Assembly (NCBI GenBank): GCA_963821435.1
Contig: CAWGDR010000011.1
Location: 185,277 to 249,276 of the forward strand
Origin: an uncultured Acidobacteriota bacterium
Lineage (GTDB): Bacteria; Acidobacteriota; Thermoanaerobaculia; UBA5066
Direction: 5' to 3'
DNA: 64,000 nt
The notes beneath the pieces were generated by a model, which was not told the origin of the DNA, did no database searches, and worked only from the letters and a program-made list of their open reading frames with translations. Each line of letters opens with the position of its first letter. Position 1 is the stretch's first letter. The translations under genes were made by a program, and so were the position numbers. This document shows, in pieces, positions 21,833-31,528 of the stretch.

Positions 21833-22383
21833 AAGTAGTAGCGGACGCCGGCGTTTGTCGTGACGAAAGACGACGTGAGGCCGTTGACCGACCCGAGGCC
21901 GTGGACGAGCACCTCGCCGGTCAGGGCGATCCGCCGGCGGAAGTAGAACGCCACCCCCGCGCCGGCGTGGAGGCCGACGCGGAACGCGGTGCTGCCGTAG
22001 GGTGGGTCGACGAAGTAGAAGCCGAAGCCCCCGATCGCGTACGGCACGAGCGTTCCATGGGAGAACTCGTAGAAAGAGGAAGCGAGCAAGTAGCCCATCG
22101 AGCGCGAGGGGTTGCCCGCGAGATCGGTGCCGGAGTGTGTATAGGCCATCGTGCCGCGGAGGCCGGCCTGCTTCGAGAAGAGGTAGTAGTCGAACTCGGC
22201 GCCGACGTCCCAGCCGATCGAGACGCTGCTCTCGAAGGGAAAGACCGCGCCGCCGCCGAGACCGACGGCGACCTGCCCTTCTTTGGGGATCTGGGCGTCC
22301 GCCGGTGACGGGGCGAGGGCGAAGAGGGAGATTCCGAAGACGACGGGGAGGGCGCGGAGGGGGAGTGCGCGGCGGTTGGTCAT
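21829..22383 (-). CDS. outer-membrane beta-barrel protein (OmpW/OmpA_membrane-like small barrel)
   Basis: Signal peptide ends APSPADA-QIP. Alternating-hydrophobicity strands are present, and the C-terminus is ...NAGVRYYF (aromatic terminal residue). Confidence 0.75.
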   Translation of the reverse strand: MTNRRALPLRALPVVFGISLFALAPSPADAQIPKEGQVAVGLGGGAVFPFESSVSIGWDVGAEFDYYLFSKQAGLRGTMAYTHSGTDLAGNPSRSMGYLLASSFYEFSHGTLVPYAIGGFGFYFVDPPYGSTAFRVGLHAGAGVAFYFRRRIALTGEVLVHGLGSVNGLTSSFVTTNAGVRYYF

Positions 22384-22427
22384 CGGGGGGAGTTTAGGGG
22401 AGGCGGGGCCCGAAGCGGCTGCATCGC

Positions 22428-22455
22428 TTGACAGGCGTCCCGGCGGCCCTATCCT
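22428..22455 (+). promoter_or_regulatory. sigma-70-like promoter for the cus operon (TTGACA-16 nt-TATCCT)
   Basis: TTGACA at 22428-22433 and TATCCT at 22450-22455. The first start codon (GTG 22464) is only 8 nt downstream and has no Shine-Dalgarno sequence, which suggests a leaderless or near-leaderless transcript. Confidence 0.4.
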
Positions 22456-22463
22456 GATAGGCT

Positions 22464-22820
22464 GTGAAGAACCGGCGTGCCCCGGGAATCCTCCTCCTCG
22501 TCGCGGCCGCGGCGCTTGCCGCGGGGCCTTCGCTCAGGCTCGCGGCGGCCTCGCCTTGTGCGACCGGGGCGCCGATGAGCTGCTGCGGCGGCTCCGGCAC
22601 CGATGTCGAGGAAGCCGCTCCGCCGTGCGGCTGCACACTGAAGCCTGTCACGCCCCTTTCCGCTGTCGTGGAGCAGGCACCGCCGCCCGTCGTCCTTGCC
22701 GAGGCGCCCGCCGACGAGGCGATGGCGGCCGACGGTGCGTCCGCACCCGCGGAGGCGCCGATCGCCCCCCGCGCCCGCGCCGGCCCGCTCTTCCTTCTCG
22801 GCTCCGCCTTCCTCAACTGA
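22464..22820 (+). CDS. small Cys-rich secreted/anchored protein preceding the Cu/Ag efflux genes
   Basis: 118-aa ORF with a signal peptide (GILLLVAAAALAAG). Cys cluster: SPCATGAPMSCCGGSG...PPCGCTLKP. The C-terminus is hydrophobic (GPLFLLGSAFLN). Confidence 0.5.
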   Translation: MKNRRAPGILLLVAAAALAAGPSLRLAAASPCATGAPMSCCGGSGTDVEEAAPPCGCTLKPVTPLSAVVEQAPPPVVLAEAPADEAMAADGASAPAEAPIAPRARAGPLFLLGSAFLN

Positions 22821-22893
22821 CGCCGCGTCGTCCGCTCCCTCGGCCGCCCGCTCCGGGCGGCACCGATGAGATTGCGTTCGACGAGGTGACGTC

Positions 22894-24258
22894 ATGTTCC
22901 AGGATTTCCGGGGCCTTCGGGCCCGCGTCGACTCCCGCCGGATCGCCGGCACGCTGATCCTCTTTTTCCTGATGTCCGGGCGCTCCGCGCCGGGGAGCGA
23001 GCCGGTTCGGCCGGACGACGCGGGCGCCGAAGTCGCGGCGCTGGTGGCTGAGGCGCTCCAGAAGAACGCCGAGCTGATCGCCGCCAGACAGGAGGCCGCT
23101 GCCGCCGCCGCGCGCGTTGGCCCTGCCGGCGCGCTTCCTGATCCGATGGTCACCGTCGGCTACGAGAACGAGGGCGCGGCCCCGTCGCTCGGGACGGAGC
23201 CGATGACACGCCTCGCGTTCGTGGCGCAGCAGGCGTTCCCGTTTCCCGGAAAGCTCGGCCTCGCCCGCGACGTCGCGAAGGCAGACGCCGCCCGGGCCGG
23301 CACGAGGCCGGAGCGGGTCGCACTCTCTCTGGCGGCCGGTGTCAAGCGCGCGTACGCCGACCTTCTCGAGGCCCGCGAGGAGATCCGGCTGGTCGACGAG
23401 CAGCTCGAGACATGGCGCGACATCGAGGGGGTCATCCGCGCCCGGTACGCGGCTGGCATGGGCACCCAGCAGGACATTCTCCGAGCCCAAAGCGAGAGGA
23501 CCCGCCTTCTTCAGCAGCGCCGGCGCGACGAAGCCTCCGAAAGCCGGGCGCTCGCGGCCCTCCGGGGCCTTCTGTTCCGGGCCCCGGAAGCGCCGATTCC
23601 GACCGCGGGCCGGCTCTCGGGCGGACTGATTCCGGCGGCTCCGGCGGCCGCGGACATCCTGGCCAGGGCCCTCGAGGTGACGCCGGAGCTGAAGGACGCG
23701 GCCCTCGCCAAGGAACGGGCGAAGCTCGCGGCCGAGCTCGCCCGCCGGAACCTGAGACCCGACTTCGTCGCCTCGGCGGCCTACATGAACCGCGGCGGCC
23801 TTCCCCTGATGTGGTCGGCCGCCGTCGGTGTGTCCATCCCGCTCTGGGCCGGGGAGAAGCAGCGACCCCTGATCGTCGAGGCGGACAGCCTCTTCGAATC
23901 GGCCTCGGCGCGGGAGACCTCTCTCTGCCGGCAGATCCAGGCGCTGACCGAGGAGAGGCTGATCCGGATCGACTCCCTCGCTGCCGAAGCGACGCTCGAC
24001 GCGGAAGGGATTCTCGTCCAGGACCGGCTCTCGGTCGACGCCGCGCTCGCCAGCTATCGGACCGGTTCCGTTCCTTTCGTCAGCGTTCTCGAAGCGCTCG
24101 GCACGTTCTTCTCCGATCGCCGCGCGGCCGTGTCGCGCCTCGCGAGCCTGATCCGGGCGGAGGCTGACCTCCACGAGTTTTCCCTCGACCGCAGCGCTCA
24201 GACGTCCATGGCCTCTCCGACAGCCGGTACCGCCGGATCGGCCAGCCCGAAGGTGTAG
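22894..24258 (+). CDS. cusC: TolC-family outer membrane efflux protein (CusC/CzcC-like)
   Basis: Intact 454-aa ORF with two OEP repeats (e.g. RAQSERTRLLQQRRRDEAS..., ASYRTGSVPFVSVLEAL). It is first in a three-gene RND operon. Confidence 0.8.
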   Translation: MFQDFRGLRARVDSRRIAGTLILFFLMSGRSAPGSEPVRPDDAGAEVAALVAEALQKNAELIAARQEAAAAAARVGPAGALPDPMVTVGYENEGAAPSLGTEPMTRLAFVAQQAFPFPGKLGLARDVAKADAARAGTRPERVALSLAAGVKRAYADLLEAREEIRLVDEQLETWRDIEGVIRARYAAGMGTQQDILRAQSERTRLLQQRRRDEASESRALAALRGLLFRAPEAPIPTAGRLSGGLIPAAPAAADILARALEVTPELKDAALAKERAKLAAELARRNLRPDFVASAAYMNRGGLPLMWSAAVGVSIPLWAGEKQRPLIVEADSLFESASARETSLCRQIQALTEERLIRIDSLAAEATLDAEGILVQDRLSVDAALASYRTGSVPFVSVLEALGTFFSDRRAAVSRLASLIRAEADLHEFSLDRSAQTSMASPTAGTAGSASPKV

Positions 24259-24266
24259 GAATCGAC

Positions 24267-25589
24267 ATGAAGAAGCACCGTTTCCTCACGATCGTCCTCG
24301 CCGCCTCCCTTTCCGCGGTGGCTGGTGTTTCCGCCCTGGTCTCGTCCGGATGCAAGAAGAGCGGCGGACCTGCGGCTGCAGCCAGGCGGTATCAGTGCCC
24401 GATGCACCCCGAAATCGTCCGCGACGCCCCGGGCGACTGCCCGATCTGCAGCATGAAGCTCGTGCCGATCGAGGAGGGAGCTCCGAAGGCCGCCGAAGCG
24501 GCGACGACCGGTCCCGAGGGCCTCGCCGCGGTCACGATCGACGCACAGAAGCAGCAGTTGATGGGCCTCAAGACGATCGAGGTGAAGAGGGCTCCCTTCG
24601 AGACGTCCATTCGGACGACCGGGCGCATCGCGGCCGACGAGCGGCGAGTCCATCACGTCCACACGCGTTACGAAGGCTTCGTGGAGCACGTCACGGCGGA
24701 CTTCACGGGCAAGTTCGTGACGAAAGGCGAGGTTCTCGCGCACGTCTACAGCCCGGAGCTTTACGCGACGCAGCAGGAGTACCTGCTCGCCCTGAAGGCG
24801 TCCGGCTCGCTCGGACCGTCCGGGGTTCCGTCCGTCGCGCAGGGAGGCCGCGACCTTCTCGACGCCGCGCGCCAGCGACTCCTGCTCTGGGAGATCACGC
24901 CCGCCGACATCGCGGAGATCGAGAGACGGGGCGAGCCCATCCGGGCGATGCCCGTCTACGCTCCGATCTCCGGCTACGTCACGGGGCGCACGGCGTACCA
25001 CGGGATGAAGGTGATGCCGGCCGACACGCTCTTCGACATCCTCGACCTCTCCGCAGTCTGGGTGCTCGCGGACGTCTACGAGTACGAACTCCCACGCCTC
25101 TCGCTCGGCGAGAAGGCGACGATGACGCTCTCCTACTGGCCGGGCCGCTCCTGGGAGGGCACGGTCACCTATGTCTATCCGTCCGTGGACGAGAAGACGC
25201 GCACGGTCAAGGTGCGGGCCGAGTTCGGAAATCCGAAAGGCGAGCTGAAGCCCGAGATGTTCGCGGACGTCACGATCCACGCCCGCCCGCGCACCGTGCT
25301 CCAGATCCCCGACGACGCGATCCTGGAGAGCGGGACGCGAAACATCGTCTTCGTGTCCGAGGGTGATGGGCGACTCGTGTCGCGCGAGGTCTCGGTGGGC
25401 GATCGCGGTGCCGGCGTCGTGGAGATCCGGGACGGCCTGAAGGAGGGCGAAGTCGTCGTCCTGGGCGCGAACTTCCTCGTCGATTCCGAGTCGCGGCTCA
25501 AGGCCGCCATCTCGGCCCTGACGTCCAGGGCGCCTGCCGGGAAGAAGGACGCGCCCGCGCCCCCGCCGGACACCGGGCACAAGCACTGA
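24267..25589 (+). CDS. cusB: efflux RND periplasmic adaptor with N-terminal heavy-metal-binding domain (CusB-like)
   Basis: YQCPMHPEIVRDAPGDCPICSMKLVP is a metal-binding zinc-ribbon-like HMBD. HlyD/CusB barrel-sandwich and beta-barrel regions follow. Confidence 0.85.
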   Translation: MKKHRFLTIVLAASLSAVAGVSALVSSGCKKSGGPAAAARRYQCPMHPEIVRDAPGDCPICSMKLVPIEEGAPKAAEAATTGPEGLAAVTIDAQKQQLMGLKTIEVKRAPFETSIRTTGRIAADERRVHHVHTRYEGFVEHVTADFTGKFVTKGEVLAHVYSPELYATQQEYLLALKASGSLGPSGVPSVAQGGRDLLDAARQRLLLWEITPADIAEIERRGEPIRAMPVYAPISGYVTGRTAYHGMKVMPADTLFDILDLSAVWVLADVYEYELPRLSLGEKATMTLSYWPGRSWEGTVTYVYPSVDEKTRTVKVRAEFGNPKGELKPEMFADVTIHARPRTVLQIPDDAILESGTRNIVFVSEGDGRLVSREVSVGDRGAGVVEIRDGLKEGEVVVLGANFLVDSESRLKAAISALTSRAPAGKKDAPAPPPDTGHKH

Positions 25590-25599
25590 GGGGGATGGA

Positions 25600-28500
25600 A
25601 TGAACCCCTACCCCCACGGCGAGCCGGGCCTCATCCAGCGGGTGATCCGCTTCTCCGCCGAGAACAAGTATCTTGTCATCGCGGTTTACGCGATCGTGAT
25701 CGTCCTCGCGATCGGCGTCATCAAGAGGACGCCGCTCGACGCCATCCCCGACCTCTCGGACACGCAGGTCATCATCTACTCGCGCTGGGACCGAAGCCCC
25801 GACATTCTCGAGGACCAGGTCACGTATCCGATCGTGACGTCTCTTCTCGGGGCGCCGAAGGTCAAGACGATCCGTGGCTTCTCCGACTTCGGTTTCTCGT
25901 ACGTCTACGTCATCTTCGAGGACGGAACGGATATCTACTGGGCCCGTTCCCGCGTCCTCGAGTACCTCTCGAAGATCCAGTCCCGCCTCCCCGCAGGCGT
26001 CAAGACGGAGCTTGGCCCGGACGCGACGAGCGTCGGGTGGATCTACCAGTACGCGCTCGTGGACGAGAGCGGGAAGAACGCGACCGACGAGATCCGCTCC
26101 TATCAGGACTGGTTCCTGAGGTACGCGGTTCAGTCGGTGCCGGGCGTCGCGGAGGTCGCCAGCGTGGGCGGCTTCCAGAAACAGTACCAGGTGACGCTGG
26201 ACCCCAACACGCTCGCGGCGTACGGCCTGCCGCTCGAATCCGTCGTGGAGGCGATCCGGAAGAGCAACAACGAGATCGGCGGGCGTCTCATCGAGTTCTC
26301 CGGGCGTGAATACATGGTCCGGGGCCGCGGCTATCTCAAGACGGTCGAGGACATCGGAAAGATCGTCGTCAAGACCAACGAGAAGGGGACGCCGCTGACG
26401 GTCTCGGGCATCGGGCGCGTGTCGCTGGGTCCGGAGATCCGGAGGGGGATCTCCGATCTCGACGGCAAGGGGGACGCCGTGGGCGGCATCGTCGTGATGC
26501 GGAGCGGCGAGAACGCCTTGAGCGTCATCGAAAGGGTCAAGGCCCGACTCAAGGAGATCGAGCCGTCGCTCCCCCCGGGCTTGAGAATCGTCACGACCTA
26601 CGACCGTTCGGACCTGATCAAGCGCTCCGTCGACACGCTTCGCGAGAAGCTCGTCGAAGAGATCGTCGTCGTTTCGATCGTCATCCTCGTTTTCCTCTGG
26701 CACGTTCCGAGCGCGATCGTGCCGATCCTGACGATCCCGATCTCCGTCGTCCTCGCGTTCATCCCGTTCAACGCGATGGGTCTGAACATCAACATCATGT
26801 CGCTCGGCGGCATCGCGATCTCGATCGGCATCCTCGTGGACGGAGCGATCGTCGAGGTGGAGAACGCGTACAAGAAGCTGCAGCAATGGAACGATGGCGG
26901 CCGGCCCGGAGACTTCCACAAGGTCCGGCTCGCGGCCCTCATGGAAGTCGGACCCGCCGTTTTCTTCTCGCTCCTCGTGATCGCCGTCGCGTTCCTGCCG
27001 GTGTTCACGCTCGTGGACCAGGAAGGACGCCTCTTCAAGCCGCTGGCCTGGTCGAAGAACCTCGCGATGGCGATCGCGGCATTCCTGGCCATCACGCTCG
27101 ATCCGGCCATCCGGATGCTCTTCGCGCGAATGGACGGCTTCTCGTTCCGTCCGAAGTGGCTGGCCTGGGTCGTCAACCAGATCACGGTTGGGAAGTACTA
27201 CGCCGAGGAGAAGCATCCGATCAGCGTGGTCCTTCATCGGCTCTATGAGCGGCCCTGCCGGGCCGTGCTGCGGCATCCGAAGAAGACGATCGCGATCGCC
27301 CTCCTCGTGATGCTTTCCACGGTCCCGGTCTTCCTGAAGCTCGGGTCCGAGTTCATGCCGCCGCTCTACGAAGGGTCGATCCTCTACATGCCGACGACGC
27401 TGCCGGGGATCTCGGTAACCGAGGCCGAACGGCTGCTGCAGGTGCAGGACCGCGTCCTCAGGTCGTTCCCGGAAGTGGAGCGCGTCTTCGGCAAGGCGGG
27501 CCGGGCGGAGACGTCCACGGACCCGGCGCCGTTCTCGATGATGGAGACGACGGTCATCCTGAAGCCCGAGTCGGAATGGCGGAAGAAGGAGCGGTGGTTC
27601 TCCTCGTGGGCACCGGAAGGACTGGCCAGCGTCTTCCGCCATGTGTGGGGGGACCACATCTCCCACGACGAGCTCGTGGACGAGATGGACCGGGCGCTGA
27701 AGATCCCCGGGACGACGAACGCGTGGACGATGCCCATCAAGGCGCGCATCGACATGCTCTCCACGGGGATCCGGACGCCGATCGGCATCAAGGTCTTCGG
27801 CGCCGACCTCAAGGAGATCGAGAGGATCGGCGCGGAGGTCGAGGCGGCCGTGAAGACCGTTCCGGGCACGCGTTCCGCCTTCGCCGAGCGGGTGGGCGGC
27901 GGCTATTTCATCGACTTCGACCTCAACCGCGACGCGCTCGCCCGCTACGGCCTCACGGTGGACGACGCGAACGCCGTCATCATGACGGCGATCGGGGGTG
28001 AGACGGTCACGACCGTCATCAAGGGGCGCGAGCGGTACTCGGTCAACGTGCGCTACTCGCGCGAGCTGCGCGAGGACCCCGACCGGCTCGCCCGCGTCCT
28101 GGTCCCGACGATGTCCGGCGCCCAGGTGCCGCTCGGCCAGCTCGCCGCGATCCGCCAGGTGCGAGGGCCGGCCATGATCCGGAACGAAAACGGCCTCCTG
28201 TCGGGCTATGTGTACGTCGACTTCGATACGTCGAAGGAGGACGTGGGCGGATACGTCGAGAAGGCGAAGAAGGCCGTTTCCGAAACGGTCAAGCTGCCGC
28301 CCGGCACGACGCTGCTCTGGAGCGGCCAGTACGAGAACATGATCCGCGTCAAGGAGCGTCTCAAGGTCGTCATCCCCGTGACGCTCGTCCTCATCTGGCT
28401 TCTCATGTACGCCAACACGAAGTCGGCGATGAAGACGATGATCGTCCTCCTCGCGGTGCCCTTCTCGATCATCGGCGCCGTCTGGCTCCTCTGGCTCCTC

Positions 28501-28920
28501 GGCTACAACCTGTCCATCGCCGTCTGGGTCGGGATGATCGCCCTCATGGGGCTCGACGCCGAGACCGGGATCTTCATGCTCCTCTTCCTCGACCTCGCGT
28601 ACGGCGAGGCGAAGGCGAAGGGACTCCTCCGGAACGGGGCCGACCTCGACGAGGCGATCGTCCACGGCGCCGTCAAGCGGGTCCGGCCGAAGGCGATGAC
28701 GGTGGCGGCGGCCTTCATGGGCCTCCTGCCGATCATGTGGTCGACGGGGGCGGGCGCCGACGTCATGAAGCGGATCGCGGCGCCGATGGTCGGCGGCCTC
28801 GCGACGTCGTTCCTCCTCGAACTTCTCGTCTACCCGGCGGTCTACCGGCTGTGGAAGGGGCGCGACCTTCCGGGTAAGACGACGCCGCGCACCGCGATCG
28901 TGGAGGTGACGGGAGGGTGA
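25600..28920 (+). CDS. cusA: CusA/CzcA family heavy-metal efflux RND transporter (Cu/Ag type)
   Basis: Intact 1106-aa ORF, collinear with E. coli CusA as I remember it: EGSILYMPTTLPGISVTEAE, FGKAGRAETSTDPAPFSMMETT, PIKARIDMLSTGIRTPIGIKVFG and HGAVKRVRPKAMTV. Confidence 0.9.
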   Translation: MNPYPHGEPGLIQRVIRFSAENKYLVIAVYAIVIVLAIGVIKRTPLDAIPDLSDTQVIIYSRWDRSPDILEDQVTYPIVTSLLGAPKVKTIRGFSDFGFSYVYVIFEDGTDIYWARSRVLEYLSKIQSRLPAGVKTELGPDATSVGWIYQYALVDESGKNATDEIRSYQDWFLRYAVQSVPGVAEVASVGGFQKQYQVTLDPNTLAAYGLPLESVVEAIRKSNNEIGGRLIEFSGREYMVRGRGYLKTVEDIGKIVVKTNEKGTPLTVSGIGRVSLGPEIRRGISDLDGKGDAVGGIVVMRSGENALSVIERVKARLKEIEPSLPPGLRIVTTYDRSDLIKRSVDTLREKLVEEIVVVSIVILVFLWHVPSAIVPILTIPISVVLAFIPFNAMGLNINIMSLGGIAISIGILVDGAIVEVENAYKKLQQWNDGGRPGDFHKVRLAALMEVGPAVFFSLLVIAVAFLPVFTLVDQEGRLFKPLAWSKNLAMAIAAFLAITLDPAIRMLFARMDGFSFRPKWLAWVVNQITVGKYYAEEKHPISVVLHRLYERPCRAVLRHPKKTIAIALLVMLSTVPVFLKLGSEFMPPLYEGSILYMPTTLPGISVTEAERLLQVQDRVLRSFPEVERVFGKAGRAETSTDPAPFSMMETTVILKPESEWRKKERWFSSWAPEGLASVFRHVWGDHISHDELVDEMDRALKIPGTTNAWTMPIKARIDMLSTGIRTPIGIKVFGADLKEIERIGAEVEAAVKTVPGTRSAFAERVGGGYFIDFDLNRDALARYGLTVDDANAVIMTAIGGETVTTVIKGRERYSVNVRYSRELREDPDRLARVLVPTMSGAQVPLGQLAAIRQVRGPAMIRNENGLLSGYVYVDFDTSKEDVGGYVEKAKKAVSETVKLPPGTTLLWSGQYENMIRVKERLKVVIPVTLVLIWLLMYANTKSAMKTMIVLLAVPFSIIGAVWLLWLLGYNLSIAVWVGMIALMGLDAETGIFMLLFLDLAYGEAKAKGLLRNGADLDEAIVHGAVKRVRPKAMTVAAAFMGLLPIMWSTGAGADVMKRIAAPMVGGLATSFLLELLVYPAVYRLWKGRDLPGKTTPRTAIVEVTGG

Positions 28921-28962
28921 AGTCCGAACGAGCATGACCGGCGACGGAGACCGGGAGGTCCG

Positions 28963-29901
28963 TCATTTGATCCGCTCCCAGAACTTACGCCGGTTCGCGA
29001 TGTTCGGAAAGACGAGCTGGCCTTCATGAAACGTGAAGGGCTGGGACCGGTGGCCCCCGTCCTCCCAGTCGAGGGAGAGGGAGGTGCCTTGGACGCTCCA
29101 GCGCCCGCGAGTGACCGGTGTCCTGTCGGACGCGGTGACGGTCCATGTCTCGGCGGTGCCGTCGGCGCGCAGCACGAGGTGCTCGTCGCGGGGGCTTCCG
29201 AAGCTGATCGACGTGCTGCGCCAGTGTCCCGCCACGGTTGAACCGCTGCTCGCGCCCGCGCTCTTCGGGGCGGCCCGCCGGGCGGCGTCGGCCAGACGTG
29301 TCGCGGCCGCCAGGGCCCCGGCTTCCGGCCAATCCCGGGCGAACTGCTGCATCAGTGGCAGGAGCTCCTTCGGCCAGGCGCCGGCGGGGGCGCCGAGCGC
29401 CTCCTGGACGAGGGACGGGTTCATCTCTCTCGCGAGCGGCGAGAACTTCTCGAGCGCCTTAGCGAACTGCTGCGGCGAGTCCGCCGACAGCGCATAGCCC
29501 GCAATGAGCCTGACCGACAGCAGGCGCGCGGCGGCCGCCGCACCCTGCAAACGACAGTCGAGCGAAAGCTGCCGCTCGAGAAGGAGCAGACCGCGCTGGT
29601 GGGCGGCGAGGGCCGGATTTCGAAGCTGCTCGTCCGCCAGTTCGACCGTTCGAGGGCTCCGGATGACGTCCTCGAATCGCGCGGTTGCCTCCACGATTTC
29701 GCGGTAGCCGTTCGAGAGTTCGACGGCGCCGACGGCCTGTCGGATTTCGAGATCGCTGACGTTCTTCCGGGGCGGTCCTGTCGAGGAAGGTTCCTGGCCG
29801 GACAGGACGCCGCCGATCGTCGCGAGCGGGAGGAGTGCCGCGACGAGCGGGGCGAACCGGTTCTGTCCTCTCATGCCCGGATCCTCCCTCGGAAGCCCCA
29901 A
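28963..29901 (-). CDS. hypothetical secreted protein
   Basis: ORF with a signal peptide (FAPLVAALLPLATIGGVLSG; a likelier start is MRGQNRF at 29874). It lies 24 nt downstream of the ATP-grasp gene on the same strand. I recognise no family. Confidence 0.45.
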   Translation of the reverse strand: MGLPREDPGMRGQNRFAPLVAALLPLATIGGVLSGQEPSSTGPPRKNVSDLEIRQAVGAVELSNGYREIVEATARFEDVIRSPRTVELADEQLRNPALAAHQRGLLLLERQLSLDCRLQGAAAAARLLSVRLIAGYALSADSPQQFAKALEKFSPLAREMNPSLVQEALGAPAGAWPKELLPLMQQFARDWPEAGALAAATRLADAARRAAPKSAGASSGSTVAGHWRSTSISFGSPRDEHLVLRADGTAETWTVTASDRTPVTRGRWSVQGTSLSLDWEDGGHRSQPFTFHEGQLVFPNIANRRKFWERIK

Positions 29902-29924
29902 GTCTCAGTGGGTCTGACGGGGGC

Positions 29925-31463
29925 CTACCGCCCGAACGAGGTCTCGCGGTCGAGGATGCCGAGCGTCCGGTCGTAGAGCGCCTCGACCTCCTCGCGGCTG
30001 TTGCCGATCGCGGTCATTCCGAGCTTGCCGAACTGCGAGAGGGCGCCGATCAAATGGAAGAGGACGCCCGACTCGGTGTTGTGGCTGTAGTGGAGCGAGT
30101 TGATCGTCAGGATATCGGCGAGGTCCTCGGGCAGGAGCCCGCGGTACGTCTCCGAATGCAGGTTGTCCGTCGCGTGGTAGTACTTCGGCCTGCCGCGCGG
30201 TGAGAGGAAGAGGCCGCTCGTCGCGTCGAGCTGGCCCCCGGTGAGGAACTGGAGGGCGAGGTACGGGTGGGTCGTGCCTCCCATCCGGAGGTTGATCTCG
30301 ATGGCCGAGTGGGTCCACGGCTCGCCGGGGCCGTCCCGGGCGACGAGGAAGTCGACGGCGAAGCGGCTCACGACCCCCTTCGCGGAGAGGACGGCCCCGA
30401 TCCTCATCCCCGCCTCGTGGATCTCCCGCCGATACTCGTCGTGGGCGGGGAAGAGGCAGCCGAGGTAGACCTGACCGCTCGGCCCGCCGAGGAGCTGGTC
30501 GTGCGTCGAGACGGGGACCACCGCGCCGTGCGGGTCGACGCGGAGCTGGACGCTCGGGGACTTCTTTTCCGCCCCCTCGATCCACTCCTCCACGATGCCG
30601 CCCATGCGGCGGAAGCGGTCCATGTAGTCGTCGACCGTCTCCCAGTCGACGGAGAACTCGAGGCGGCGCAAGGCGTCCCGGACGGCGCCGGGACGGTCGC
30701 CTCCCTCCGCGGGGTAGCGGAAGAGCGCGTTGCCCTCCCCCGAGAAGCTGTCGTTCAGCTTCACGACGGCCTTCTCGAGCTGCGGCTTCCGACGCTTCAG
30801 CTCGACGAGCGCCCGCTCGACGTCGCCGCCGTCGGCCAGGTCCTCGAAGCCCGACGGGAGGGGGACTCCCGCCTCGCGAAAGACCCGGCGGCTCCCGGAC
30901 TTCGAGCCCAAGTGAGAGAGGGACGGGTCGCAGCCGTTCAACGGGATGCCGAGCAGGACCGCGAGCTTCCGCTCGAGCGGCGTCGAGTTGAAGACGGTGA
31001 GGTACGAGCGGGAGGGGTCCGGGATGCCGGCGCGGATCCTCTCGATCAGCCGCGGCCGCTCGAGGATCTTCTCGGTCAGCGAGCGGGGCGACGCATCGTG
31101 CGCGCAGAGAAGGGTGAGGCGGGCCCGCGCATGGCTCGCCGGGATGCCGACGAGGAACTGGAAGTAGTACTCGAGGATGAGGGGGTGGACCGGCTGCGAC
31201 GTGACGAAGACGACGCGCGCCCGCGGGTTTCGGAGGCGGATCAGGAGAAAGAGAAGGCGCTCCTCGTAGAAATTCGAGCCCTCGAGCTTCCGGAGCTCGG
31301 CCTGGTCGAGCGTCAGGGACGGGACGACGACCGACGTGTGGGGCTCCTCGTCGCGGAGCGCGATGGCGTTCCAGACCTCCCGGAGCCGCGGCTTGAGCCG
31401 TTCGAAGTCGGCCAGCTCCCGTTCGAGCGTCAGCTCCGACGCGAACGGCGGGTGCGGAATCAC
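29925..31463 (-). CDS. ATP-grasp peptide/carboxylate-amine ligase, PGM1-related (pre-ATP-grasp + ATP-grasp)
   Basis: Intact 512-aa ORF. VVVPSLTLDQAELRKLEGSNFYEERLLFLLIRLRNPRARVVFVTSQPV...ILEYYFQFL..., LTEKILERPRLIERIR, TPLERKLAVLLGIPL and GSKSGSRRVFREAGVPLP match the PGM1-like family as I remember it. Confidence 0.65.
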   Translation of the reverse strand: MIPHPPFASELTLERELADFERLKPRLREVWNAIALRDEEPHTSVVVPSLTLDQAELRKLEGSNFYEERLLFLLIRLRNPRARVVFVTSQPVHPLILEYYFQFLVGIPASHARARLTLLCAHDASPRSLTEKILERPRLIERIRAGIPDPSRSYLTVFNSTPLERKLAVLLGIPLNGCDPSLSHLGSKSGSRRVFREAGVPLPSGFEDLADGGDVERALVELKRRKPQLEKAVVKLNDSFSGEGNALFRYPAEGGDRPGAVRDALRRLEFSVDWETVDDYMDRFRRMGGIVEEWIEGAEKKSPSVQLRVDPHGAVVPVSTHDQLLGGPSGQVYLGCLFPAHDEYRREIHEAGMRIGAVLSAKGVVSRFAVDFLVARDGPGEPWTHSAIEINLRMGGTTHPYLALQFLTGGQLDATSGLFLSPRGRPKYYHATDNLHSETYRGLLPEDLADILTINSLHYSHNTESGVLFHLIGALSQFGKLGMTAIGNSREEVEALYDRTLGILDRETSFGR

Positions 31464-31493
31464 GCGCGAAGTATCGCCGTTTTCCCAGGAGGA

Positions 31494-31507
31494 GGCATAC
31501 TTCTTGA
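31494..31507 (+). promoter_or_regulatory. candidate sigma-54 (-24/-12) promoter upstream of pilin gene 1
   Basis: GGCATACTTCTTGA has GG-N10-GA geometry. It shares GGCA-N6-CTTGAAT with the site upstream of pilin 2. The -12 element is TTGA rather than the consensus TTGC. Confidence 0.3.
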
Positions 31508-31528
31508 ATCCGCGTGATCAGGGAAGGC

